From Alphaproteobacteria bacterium (GTDB lineage: Bacteria > Pseudomonadota > Alphaproteobacteria > MPNO01 > UBA830), in the NCBI GenBank assembly GCA_965243135.1, contig OZ251539.1:480001-544000 (forward strand): 64,000 nt of DNA, read 5' to 3'. The first letter of the stretch is position 1. Every line of letters begins with the position of its first letter. The position numbers were made by a program, and so were the translations under genes. Below the pieces are notes generated by a model. That model saw only the letters and a list, made by a program, of their open reading frames with translations. It was not told where the DNA came from and made no database searches. This document shows, in pieces, positions 19,351 to 28,005 of this stretch.

Positions 19351-20131
19351 CGTCTTCTCCCTTCGCCCGCCAGCGGGCGGCGTCGAGCTCGAGGCGGGCC
19401 GGCGCTCCGAGCGCCGCCGTCGTCTCGCCGATGCGCATGAGCCGTCCGTGGCCGGCGACGCCGGCGCGCGCCGCGTCCAGCGACGGCGCGGTGACCATGC
19501 GGGCGGCGCGCAGGCGCCGCCACAGCGCGATCCCCTCGAAGTCGCGGTTGAGCCGGTCGAGGTCGGCGGCGAACACGTCGTCGGCAAGCGTCCGGCCGGC
19601 TCGCCATCCCTCGGCCAGCTGCTGTCGCCAGTCCGCCTTCTCGGCGGCGTCCCTCGGGAACAGCGCCGAGACCGGGGGCTCGGCCGGCCGCCACGACCGG
19701 ACGAGGTAGTCGCGCCACGACGGCGGCGCGGAGACGATCCGGGCCGGCGCGAGGATGCGGATCGCCCGGCGGGCCGCCGCCGCTTCGCTTCCGTCGCGGG
19801 CCAGGCGGAAGGCGTCCGAGGTCTCGGCGAGCACCGGCGGGCGCAGCAGGAAGCCCTCGCGGCGCAGCATCAGGCGGCGGAAGCGGTAGACGCCGTCGAG
19901 GGCCGGCGCGAAGCGCTCGAGCATGCGCCCGATCTCCCAGGTCCGCCGGGCCAGCCCGGCGCGCGAGCCGAAGGAGAGCGCCGCCGCCCGCATGGCGCCG
20001 CGGCGCTTCTCCTCGGCGAACCCGGCCGCGAGGGCGGGGCGCGCTTCGTACAGCGCCTCGAGGGACGGCGGCGCCGCCGCGGCGGCGGCCGGCGCGAGCG
20101 CCGCGAGAGCGAAGACCGGGAGGCGTTTCAC
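19343..20131 (-). CDS. dotC: DotC/TraI family protein
   Basis: AALSFGSRAGL, LDGVYRF, LRPPV, ARIVSAPPSWRDYL, RLNRDFEG. Confidence 0.88.
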   Translation of the reverse strand: MKRLPVFALAALAPAAAAAAPPSLEALYEARPALAAGFAEEKRRGAMRAAALSFGSRAGLARRTWEIGRMLERFAPALDGVYRFRRLMLRREGFLLRPPVLAETSDAFRLARDGSEAAAARRAIRILAPARIVSAPPSWRDYLVRSWRPAEPPVSALFPRDAAEKADWRQQLAEGWRAGRTLADDVFAADLDRLNRDFEGIALWRRLRAARMVTAPSLDAARAGVAGHGRLMRIGETTAALGAPARLELDAARWRAKGEDDD

Positions 20132-20577
20132 GAGTCCCCCGGCGGCAGCCAGTCGAGCTGCACCCGCCCGCGTTCGGCGTCGACGGTGAGCGCGGCGGCG
20201 CTTCCGGCCTGGAGGCCGAGGTCGCGGAAGGCGAGAATCAACGGCGCGCGGTCCGCCCGCAGCTCGGCGACCGGCGGGCGCGGGGGTCGCGGTCCCGCCG
20301 TCGCGAACGCGTAGCCCGCCCGCTCGGCGAGCTGCGCCGCCAGCGTCTCGAGCGGTCCGGTCCAGTCGACCGTGACCCGCCGGAGCAGCCGTTCCGGCAC
20401 GATGCGGGGAACCGGCGCGGGCTCCGCGCCGGCCGCGGACGCCAGCGCCGCGAGAGCGGCCTCGGCGCGCACCGCGGCTTCGGTCAGGCGGAGTTCGGCG
20501 GGGTCCGGCGGCGGCGCCTCCCGCGGCGCCAGGCAGGCGCCGGGAAGGAGCAGGAAGGGGAGGACGGCGGCCTTCAT
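20128..20577 (-). CDS. dotD: DotD/TraH lipoprotein
   Basis: ATG 20577, lipobox-like LPGAC, VTVDWTGPLE...LAERAGY, RDLGLQAG. Confidence 0.88.
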   Translation of the reverse strand: MKAAVLPFLLLPGACLAPREAPPPDPAELRLTEAAVRAEAALAALASAAGAEPAPVPRIVPERLLRRVTVDWTGPLETLAAQLAERAGYAFATAGPRPPRPPVAELRADRAPLILAFRDLGLQAGSAAALTVDAERGRVQLDWLPPGDS

Positions 20578-21632
20578 CGGTCGTCGATCACCAGATGCCG
20601 GTTGGCGGGGTGCGCCGTCGCGGTCAGTCGCCGCGGCGCGTCGGCCAGCAGCGCGTCGACCGCGGCCAGGAAGCCGGGCCCGTCGAACGACGCGGAGGCG
20701 TCGATCGAATAGCGGCCGGCGGCGCGCCAGACGATCCGCCAGCCGGCCCGTTCCGCCCACGCCTCCAGCGCCGCCCGCAGCGGGCGGTCGGCGTCCACCG
20801 TCCAGGCCGCCGGGCTCGCGGGCCGGGGCGCGCGCCGGCCCGCGTCGCGGTAGCGGTGGAAGACGATCGCGCCGCCGGTCCAGGTCCAGTCGTAGCCGGA
20901 CAGCGCCGCCGCCCGCCGCAGCAGATCCGGCAGCGCGCCCTCGAAGGAAAGGGAGGCCGGCGGCGGGTCCGGCGGGACGGCGTCGCCGTCCGCGATTCGC
21001 GCCGGGCGCTCCTCGATCGCGACCGGAACGCCGGCGGCCTCGGAGACGCGGCGGGCCAGTTCGGGAAACGGGACCGGGTCGCGGACCGCCAGGGAGACCT
21101 CCCGGCCCGCGAGTTCCGCCGGGAGCGCCGGCGGCGGCGTCCGGATCTCCGTCGCCGCGATTTCCTGGGCCAGCGGCGCGCCGGACAGCGCCGCCGCGAA
21201 GACGAGGCCGGCGCCGGCCGCGAGGCCGGGGCCGAACGGGCAGTAGCCGGCGGCGACCGGGCGGCCGCGCCGCCGCTGCACGCAGGCGCGGTGGGCGAAG
21301 GCGAAGAGGCAGCCCGCCGCCGTCGCCCAGGCGAGGTCGAGGGGGCCGAGCAGCAGCCCGCAGGCGCCCAGCAGCAGGCCGTCGCCCGGCATGACCGGCC
21401 AGCGCCGGCCGCGCAGCTCGGCGGCGGCGATCGGAACCGCGGCGAAGCCGAGGCCGAGCAGCGCGCCGAGGGCGGCCGCGGCGAACGATCCGCCTTCGAG
21501 GAAGCGCCAGGCGGCGGCGATCGCCGCGAGGGCCGCGACGGCGCGCAGGTCGACGACGAAGCGGCGGGCGTCGACGACCGCGATCCGGACGAGGCATGCG
21601 GCGGCGGCGGCGAAGGCGAGGGAGTCGATCAT
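20574..21632 (-). CDS. Prepilin peptidase (A24, PilU-like) fused to a periplasmic region ending in a TcpQ domain
   Basis: ATG 21632 with AAGGA RBS; N-terminal membrane domain with IAVVDARR, MPGDGLL and CPFGPGL; C-terminal WTVDADRPLRAALEAWAERAGWRIVW. Confidence 0.75.
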   Translation of the reverse strand: MIDSLAFAAAAACLVRIAVVDARRFVVDLRAVAALAAIAAAWRFLEGGSFAAAALGALLGLGFAAVPIAAAELRGRRWPVMPGDGLLLGACGLLLGPLDLAWATAAGCLFAFAHRACVQRRRGRPVAAGYCPFGPGLAAGAGLVFAAALSGAPLAQEIAATEIRTPPPALPAELAGREVSLAVRDPVPFPELARRVSEAAGVPVAIEERPARIADGDAVPPDPPPASLSFEGALPDLLRRAAALSGYDWTWTGGAIVFHRYRDAGRRAPRPASPAAWTVDADRPLRAALEAWAERAGWRIVWRAAGRYSIDASASFDGPGFLAAVDALLADAPRRLTATAHPANRHLVIDDR

Positions 21633-21898
21633 GGCGTCCTTCCGAAGGTCGCCGGCAGGAACCGGCACCACGCGCCGGCCGCGCGGCAGAGTTCCTCCGG
21701 CAGCGCCTCGCGGCGGCGCTGCGGAAGGCCGCGGTTGCGGGCGAGCAGGGCCTCCTGGGCGGCGGCGACGGCGGTCAGCAGCGCGATCTCGCCCTGCAGC
21801 CGCTCCATCGCGGCCAGCGCCGCGCGTTGCGCCGGCGGCGGCGCCGCCGCCGCGCAGGGCGCCAGGACAAGGAGGAGGAGAAGGAGCGCCTTCAGCAC
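21629..21898 (-). CDS. Small exported hypothetical protein
   Basis: GTG 21898, 89 aa, signal peptide, overlaps both neighbours. Confidence 0.5.
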   Translation of the reverse strand: MLKALLLLLLVLAPCAAAAPPPAQRAALAAMERLQGEIALLTAVAAAQEALLARNRGLPQRRREALPEELCRAAGAWCRFLPATFGRTP

Positions 21899-22986
21899 CC
21901 GCTGCAACTCCCCACGGCGAGGTTCGCGAAGACGCCGGACGACGCCGAAAGCGTCCCGGTCGCGAGGACGCTGCGGGCCCTGACCGTCGAGGCGACGTTG
22001 GCGGAGCCGGTCGCGCGCACGGAGCGGGCGGCGACGCGGTCGGCCGACAGGCGGGTCGCCCGGACAGATCCCGCCGCCAGGACGCCGGCGATCCGCGCCG
22101 AGGACGCCCGCGCGGCCCCGGCCGCGGTCAGCGAGCCGACCCTGGCGTCCCCCGAGACCGAGAGGCTCGCGGCGGCGACCGCGCCGTTCACCCGGGCGTC
22201 GCCGGCCGTCAGCCGGCCGGATATCGCGGCCGCGCCGCCGACGGCGAGGCCCGCGCCCACCGTCAGCCCGGCCGCCGCCGTCAGGTCGCCCTGGACCTCG
22301 AGTTCGCGGGCGATCGCCAGCGAATCCGCGGTCACCGCGCCGGCGTTCGCGACGTCGTTGCCGCCCATGTCGAGCGCGGTCTCCATGCGGTTGGCCGCCG
22401 GAAACCCCGCGATCGCCGTCCGGTAGAGCGCGTCGCCGTAGACCGTCGCATGGTCGTGGCGGCTGAACGCCGCGAGGGCGTTCGCCGCGGGAGCGCCCGC
22501 GAAGGCGGCCTGGAACGCCGACATGTCGAGGTCGATCAGCGGACCCCGCAACCGGGTCGGCGCCTCCGGCGGCACCAGCCCCAGCCGGACCCCGCCCGAG
22601 TCCGCGAACAGCGCCGCCGACGGGACGATCGAGTCGCCGGCCGCCGCCCGCTGCGCGACCGCGATCCGGACGGCGTCCGCGCCGTCCGCCAGCATCAGGA
22701 TCTCCGGCCGCCGTCCGAGCGCGTCGACGTCCCGCCATCCGGCCGGCAGGACGCCGACGGCGCGGAGGTCGGCGATCGCGATCCGCGACGGACCGCCCTG
22801 CGCGGCCGCGAGCAGCGCAGGGAATTCGGCGTCGACGTAGCCCGCGGTCGCGTCGGCGAGAACCGTAAGCTGGCGCCCGGCGAGGCGGACGCGCTCGTCG
22901 AGCGCGCGGGCGAACAGCCATTCGAAGCCGCCGACCGCGAGGGTCGCCGCCAGCGCGGTCGCGAGCAGGGCGCCGAACGGTCCCAT
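21892..22986 (-). CDS. PilV-like minor pilin/tip adhesin (copy 2)
   Basis: Hydrophobic N-terminus; LYRTAIAGFPAANRMETALDMGGNDV matches the PilV constant-region motif; beta-repeat tail; ends SCSGC. Confidence 0.78.
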   Translation of the reverse strand: MGPFGALLATALAATLAVGGFEWLFARALDERVRLAGRQLTVLADATAGYVDAEFPALLAAAQGGPSRIAIADLRAVGVLPAGWRDVDALGRRPEILMLADGADAVRIAVAQRAAAGDSIVPSAALFADSGGVRLGLVPPEAPTRLRGPLIDLDMSAFQAAFAGAPAANALAAFSRHDHATVYGDALYRTAIAGFPAANRMETALDMGGNDVANAGAVTADSLAIARELEVQGDLTAAAGLTVGAGLAVGGAAAISGRLTAGDARVNGAVAAASLSVSGDARVGSLTAAGAARASSARIAGVLAAGSVRATRLSADRVAARSVRATGSANVASTVRARSVLATGTLSASSGVFANLAVGSCSGC

Positions 22987-22987
22987 C

Positions 22988-24106
22988 CTACCGGCACCCC
23001 GTGCAGGAACGGGTCGTTACCGCGCCGGAAAACCTTGCGGCCGGTCCGCCGGCGGCGCCCGAGACGCGGAGGCCGCGGACCGTCAGCCGTCCGCCCGTCT
23101 CGAGGACGGCGGCGGAGATCAACCGGGCGGTCGCCGTTCCGGTCGCGTCGAAGCCCCGGCCGATCAGCAGGTCGGCGGCGCGCAGCAGGCCGGACGCGGC
23201 GAGGGAATCGGCCGCCAGCCGGCCGGACGCCCGGACGGCGCCGGCTCGCGCCGCGCCCGCGACGCGGAGGCTCCGGGCGGTCAGGCGGCGGGACGCCGCC
23301 AACGACGCGGCGGAAGCCTGGGCGGCGGTCATCGACGCCGCGGACAGGTCTCCCGCGACATCGGCGCCGCCCGCGACGGAAACCGCGGCGCCGGCCGACG
23401 CCGCGCCGGAAACGGCCGCGGAGGCGGCGGCGATCGCGCCCGCCCCGGTCACGGCGCGGCCCGCGGGGGCGCCGCCGAGGTCGAGCGCGGTCTCCATCCG
23501 GTTCAGCCACGGCCGCCCCGGCTGCGCCCGGCGGTGCAGTTGCCCTTCGCGGTAGCGCAGCCCGAAATCCGCCGTGACGTAGAGCGCCCCCGGCGCCGGC
23601 TGGCGGCCCATCGCCGCGGCGATCTCCGGAAGGCGACCGGACATCGGCGACGCCGATCCGACCTCCCCGACGCCGGCGAGGCCGGCCGCGAGCGCGCCAG
23701 CCCGCAACGCCGACGCCGAGGCGCCGGCCGCGGGCTCCAGCACCCCGAACGCGGTCTCGACCCCGGCCCCGTCGTCCACCGTCCCGAGGGTCATGGCGGC
23801 GCGGCGGAACCCGTCGGGCAGGCCGGGCGGAACCGCCGACCCGAGGCTCCGCAGCTCGGCCGGCGTCGCCGCCGCCGGCAGGGCGCGCCCGAGGCGCGCC
23901 GCCGCGCCGCCTTCCTGCGCCGCCCGGTGGACGGCCTGCAGCCAGAGCCCGAACAGCCGCCCGGCGGCGCGGTCCAGCGCCTCGCGGCGTTCGGCGTCCC
24001 GCGCCGCGTGCCAGGCGGCGAGCGACGCGCCGGCGAGGGCGGCGACCAGCATGACGCCCAACGGCGACGCGAGGCCGCGGCGGCGGCGGGCGAGGAGGCG
24101 AATCAT
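22988..24106 (-). CDS. PilV-like minor pilin/tip adhesin (copy 1)
   Basis: ATG 24106, basic prepilin leader RRRRG; LHRRAQPGRPWLNRMETALDLGG; beta-repeat tail; ends SCTGCR. Confidence 0.75.
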   Translation of the reverse strand: MIRLLARRRRGLASPLGVMLVAALAGASLAAWHAARDAERREALDRAAGRLFGLWLQAVHRAAQEGGAAARLGRALPAAATPAELRSLGSAVPPGLPDGFRRAAMTLGTVDDGAGVETAFGVLEPAAGASASALRAGALAAGLAGVGEVGSASPMSGRLPEIAAAMGRQPAPGALYVTADFGLRYREGQLHRRAQPGRPWLNRMETALDLGGAPAGRAVTGAGAIAAASAAVSGAASAGAAVSVAGGADVAGDLSAASMTAAQASAASLAASRRLTARSLRVAGAARAGAVRASGRLAADSLAASGLLRAADLLIGRGFDATGTATARLISAAVLETGGRLTVRGLRVSGAAGGPAARFSGAVTTRSCTGCR

Positions 24107-24708
24107 CCGAAGGTGAACCCGATGTCGTTGGCGCCGGCGCCGTCGTCGCAGTTGGTCGTGACGTTGGCGATCGACACCGGCGCCGTCAGCGTCTGGCCGT
24201 TGATCACCAGGCTCACGATCCCGGCGCGCGCCCGCGTCCGGTCGGCGTAGGCGTCGCCGAGCGCCGCGCACACCTCGTCGTCGACGTCCTCGAAGGTGAC
24301 CCGGAACTGGTTGGTCGCGCCGCCGGGGCCGCCGAGGATCGTCACCAGCCCGCCGAACGGGTGGCGGATCTCGGTGCGCGCCGCCGCGAAGCCGGGCGTG
24401 CCGGCGGTTCCGACGGCGCCGATCCGGATCCGCGCCGAGTCGGGGATGTGGCCCCGCCGGTCGAGCGTCGGGATCAGGTCGGCGCCGTTGCCGTAGCTCG
24501 GCGACCCCGACCAGACCGACTCGATGCCGGTGCGCAGCTGGTTCAGCAGCGCCAGCGCCTCGGTGCGGTTCGCCGTCTCGCGAGCCGAGTTGTACCAGGC
24601 GATCGTTCCCGCGATCGCCACCGCCGTCAGCCCGAGGCCGAGCAGCACCGCGAAAACGTTCATCCCCCGCCGCGCCCGGCGGCGCAGCCGTCCGGCCGCC
24701 CTCGTCAT
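24103..24708 (-). CDS. pilS: Type IVb major pilin, PilS-like
   Basis: Leader MTRAAGRLRRRARRG|M, hydrophobic helix, HPFGG.VTI, two Cys in the C-terminal region, terminal FTF. Confidence 0.82.
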   Translation of the reverse strand: MTRAAGRLRRRARRGMNVFAVLLGLGLTAVAIAGTIAWYNSARETANRTEALALLNQLRTGIESVWSGSPSYGNGADLIPTLDRRGHIPDSARIRIGAVGTAGTPGFAAARTEIRHPFGGLVTILGGPGGATNQFRVTFEDVDDEVCAALGDAYADRTRARAGIVSLVINGQTLTAPVSIANVTTNCDDGAGANDIGFTFG

Positions 24709-24721
24709 GTCGATCCCTCCT

Positions 24722-25753
24722 TCATCCCAGGGCCGCGCCGGCGGCGTCGAGAACGCGGAACATCGAATCCATGGCGACGCCGGTGACCAGGGCGGCCGCC
24801 GTCGTCATCGCCGCGTTCAGCCCGGCCGCCCGCGCCTGCATCGTCCGTTCCGACCGCGCCGCCCAGCGGTCGACGAAGCCCGCCAGCTTCGCCGGCCAGC
24901 CCGGCTGGCCGTCGAGCGCCGCCACCACGTGCACCAGCGCCGGGTCGGGAAACCGGTGGCCGGCGTCGACCATCGCCTGCCCCAGCCCCTTGCCGGCCCG
25001 CATCCCGCGCTGGATCGCGCCGATCCGGTGCCGGGCGTAGGGCGCGGCGCTGCGGCGCAGCGCCTCGAACGCGCGGTCGTTCACGTCGACCCCCGCGCGC
25101 AGGAATTCCAGCACCGCGAACAGGAACGCCGAGCCCGTCAGCATGCGGTACAGGTTGAACGGCGGCAGCCGGTCGAGCGCCGTCCGCCCGGGGCCGGTCC
25201 AGGCGAGCGTCGCCGCCGCCAGCAGGCCGCCGAGAAGGAGCAGCGCCGCGAGAAAGGTCGCCGGGTTGCCGTGCAGCCACAGCGCGGCGCCGCGGAACGC
25301 CCGCGCGTGGGAGGGCCAGAGCGCGGGCGGCGCGATCGTCTCCATCACCGGGACGAAATGCCCGCCGGCCGCCCACAGCAGGACGACGACGCCGGCCGCG
25401 AGAAGGCACGGCATCGCCAGCGCCTTCGCGACCGCGGCCGTCTGGCGCTCGCGCAGTTCCGCCACCCGCGCGGCGGCGGCGAACAGCGCCGCCGCGTCCA
25501 CCCGCCCGTAGCCGTGGAAGAGCATCGCTTCGGACGCCGGCAGCCAGCGCGGGACCGTCTCCGCGAACCGTCCGTTCCGGAGCGCCCGCAGCCAGCGCTC
25601 CAGCGCCCATGCCCGCAGCCGCTGCCCCTGGTCGCGCGCCGACCGCGACGTCGTTTCCAGCGCCCCCTCCAGCTCCCGGCCCGCCTCGAGAAGCCCGGCG
25701 ATCGTGTGGTAGATCTCGATGCGGGCCGCCCGCGGCAGCGCGAACGCTTTCAC
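24722..25753 (-). CDS. pilR: PilR/GspF-family inner-membrane platform protein
   Basis: GTG 25753; RIEIYHTIAGLLEAG, WTGPGRTALDRLPPFNLYRMLTGSAFL, GLGQAMVDAGHRFPD. Confidence 0.85.
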   Translation of the reverse strand: MKAFALPRAARIEIYHTIAGLLEAGRELEGALETTSRSARDQGQRLRAWALERWLRALRNGRFAETVPRWLPASEAMLFHGYGRVDAAALFAAAARVAELRERQTAAVAKALAMPCLLAAGVVVLLWAAGGHFVPVMETIAPPALWPSHARAFRGAALWLHGNPATFLAALLLLGGLLAAATLAWTGPGRTALDRLPPFNLYRMLTGSAFLFAVLEFLRAGVDVNDRAFEALRRSAAPYARHRIGAIQRGMRAGKGLGQAMVDAGHRFPDPALVHVVAALDGQPGWPAKLAGFVDRWAARSERTMQARAAGLNAAMTTAAALVTGVAMDSMFRVLDAAGAALG

Positions 25754-27309
25754 GCCGCCCGCTCCCCGACCGCGCGGAGGCCCGCCTGGCCGGGACGCGC
25801 CCCCTTCAGCAGCGCGTCGCGCGGGTCGGCGCGGCCCTGCGCCACCCGCTCCCAGATCTTCAGCCCGATCGGGACCCCGCCCATCTCTTCCGTCCAGTAG
25901 CGCCGCGCCGCCCCCGGCTCGACCCGGCGCACCAGGTCGAGGTAGGCGTCGTCGGGACGGATCGATTCCGCCAGCGCCGTCTGCCCGGCGTAGCCGTTCC
26001 ACGCCTTCGCGGCGATCGTCCCTTCGGCGTCGCGGCGGCAGCGCTCGCAGCCCTCCGGGTCGCGGAACCGCGCCGCGGGCCACGCCCGCAGCCGCGCCGC
26101 CAGCCACGGCGGCGGCGGCTCCGCCGGCTCCCGGCGGGCGCAGGACGGGCACAGCTCCGGAAGGAGCGTCTGCTTCATCAGCAGCGCGACGTTGCCCGGC
26201 TTGCAGGCCTCGGCCGCCGACACGCCGAGGTCGAGCAGCCGGAACAGGATCGCGTTCGCGTTGTCGACGTGGATGGTGGTCCAGATCTGGTGGCCGGTGT
26301 CGACGAACTGCAGGACCTGGCGCGCGCCCTCGGCGTCGCGGATCTCCGACACCATGCCCGACGCCGGGTGCACCCGGCAGAAATGCGACAGCGCCTCCTT
26401 GTAGTGCCGCGACCGCTCCTCCCCCGAACCCGAGGTCGGCACCGCGATCTGCACCGCGCCCGGAATCGGATACTCCACCGGGTCCTCCAGCGTCACCATG
26501 TTCAGCGCGCCGCCCGACTCCGCCATCTGCAGGGCGAGGTTGGCGGCGAGCGTCGTCGACTTGCCGTCGCCGGTCGAGCCGCCGATGAACACGCCGCCGT
26601 GCAGCGCCGTCCGGATTTCCGCGAACGCCTCCGCCTCCGCCGCCGAGAACCCCAGCTTCTCCAGCGTCGCGTCCGCCGCCAGCGAATCGCGGTAGAAGAT
26701 GCGCGCGAACAGGTGGTCGCCGTCCGGCTCGTGCGGCCCGCGCTGGCAGCGCAGCGCCGAGACCGCGTCCGGCAGCGGCACCGCGCCGCCGCCGCGGATC
26801 GAGAACCCCTGGAACGACTGCCGCTGGTAGGAGGTCTGCCCCGACCCCTCGTCCTTCGCGTGGAACAGGTAGCCCATCGCCCGTCCGCCGGTTCCGGGAT
26901 CGAGCGGCTCCGCCAGCGGCAGCTTGCGGTCGTTGACGATCGCGAACGTCCGGCAGGCGCCGGCGCCGAGCTCGAAGACCACGTCGGAGGCCCGCGCCCG
27001 CGCGGCGGCGGCGAACAGCGTCCGCACGCGGGCGAGGATGTCCGGATCGGCGCCGTCGACGGCCGCCAGCCCGCCCCACGCGGCCGCGATCTCCTCCGGC
27101 GAGGCGGTTTCCTCCGCCAGTTCGCCGGTCAGCGCGCCTGACCGCCGCAGCTTCAGCAGCGCCGCCCGCAGCGGCGGGTCGAACTCGTGGCCCGGCGCGA
27201 TCTTGCACCGCCCGTCGGTCCACAGCGCGCAATGCGGACGCAGCGACGGGTCGAGCGCCGTCGCCAGCCGCGGCGGACCGGACGCAGGCTTCCTGCGGCG
27301 GAAGTTCAC
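25750..27309 (-). CDS. pilQ: PilQ/GspE-family pilus assembly ATPase
   Basis: GTG 27309; RASDV, Walker A GSTGDGKSTT, TLEDPVEY, EIRD, TGHQIWTTIH, CPSC..CERC tetracysteine. Confidence 0.9.
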   Translation of the reverse strand: MNFRRRKPASGPPRLATALDPSLRPHCALWTDGRCKIAPGHEFDPPLRAALLKLRRSGALTGELAEETASPEEIAAAWGGLAAVDGADPDILARVRTLFAAAARARASDVVFELGAGACRTFAIVNDRKLPLAEPLDPGTGGRAMGYLFHAKDEGSGQTSYQRQSFQGFSIRGGGAVPLPDAVSALRCQRGPHEPDGDHLFARIFYRDSLAADATLEKLGFSAAEAEAFAEIRTALHGGVFIGGSTGDGKSTTLAANLALQMAESGGALNMVTLEDPVEYPIPGAVQIAVPTSGSGEERSRHYKEALSHFCRVHPASGMVSEIRDAEGARQVLQFVDTGHQIWTTIHVDNANAILFRLLDLGVSAAEACKPGNVALLMKQTLLPELCPSCARREPAEPPPPWLAARLRAWPAARFRDPEGCERCRRDAEGTIAAKAWNGYAGQTALAESIRPDDAYLDLVRRVEPGAARRYWTEEMGGVPIGLKIWERVAQGRADPRDALLKGARPGQAGLRAVGERAA

Positions 27310-27908
27310 GGCGCGCGCCCCGGCGGCGGGCGGTGCGGCAGCGCGGCGCCCTCCGCCAGGACCGCCCCGGACGGACGGATCGCGCCGATCCGCGTTCCGT
27401 CCGGCAGCCGGTCGCCGGGACGCACGAACAGCGTCCGGCGGCCGTCGGTCACGCCCGCCCGCAGGCGGTCGCCCGCCCCCAGGACGGTGAACCAGCCCCA
27501 GGACGGGCGCGGCGGGGGCGTCCGGCGGGGTTCCGCGACGGACGCCGGCGGAACGGCGGGCCGGGGAAGCAGGGCGCGGACCTCGCCCTCCAGCGCCAGA
27601 ACCCGCTTCACCGCCTCCTCGCGCCGCGCGCAAAGCGCCAGCGCCTCGCGCTCGATCGCCAGCGCCGCGATCGTCCCGGTTCCGTCCGACGCCTCGGCCA
27701 GCATCTCCCGCAGAAGCGCCTTCGGACAGCCGGACGGCGAGGACGCCGCCCGGGACGCGGGCGGTTCGGCGGGCGGAATCGCGTCCGCCGTGCCGGACGA
27801 GGCGGGCGTCTCCGCCGGCTCCGCTCCGCCTTTCGCGGAAAGCGGCGGTTCCGCGGCCGCCTGCGCCGCGAAGGCGACGAGCGCGGCGGAAAGAAGAAGG
27901 CGCGTCAC
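27306..27908 (-). CDS. PilP-like type IVb pilus protein
   Basis: GTG 27908, signal peptide, coiled coil, C-terminal G.GDRLRA......VRPGDRLPDGTRIGAI..SG; position before pilQ. Confidence 0.65.
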   Translation of the reverse strand: MTRLLLSAALVAFAAQAAAEPPLSAKGGAEPAETPASSGTADAIPPAEPPASRAASSPSGCPKALLREMLAEASDGTGTIAALAIEREALALCARREEAVKRVLALEGEVRALLPRPAVPPASVAEPRRTPPPRPSWGWFTVLGAGDRLRAGVTDGRRTLFVRPGDRLPDGTRIGAIRPSGAVLAEGAALPHRPPPGRAP

Positions 27909-28005
27909 GGCGAACCCGCCGCCGCCTGCCGGCGGGCGAGGCGGCGACGCCGCCGGGAGAGAAGCGGCCCTGCGAATCCCGCGTTCATGTTCCTGCCTTC
28001 CCCGC

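Noticed and set aside
21892-24106. Shufflon
   Set aside because: No Rci-like tyrosine recombinase and no inverted cassettes or sfx-like repeats seen after either pilV-like gene
27905-27988. 27-codon ORF (MNAGFAGPLLSRRRRR...) with a good RBS, coupled to pilP
   Set aside because: Too short to support; may be a leader peptide or a frameshifted pilP 5' end, undecidable from sequence alone
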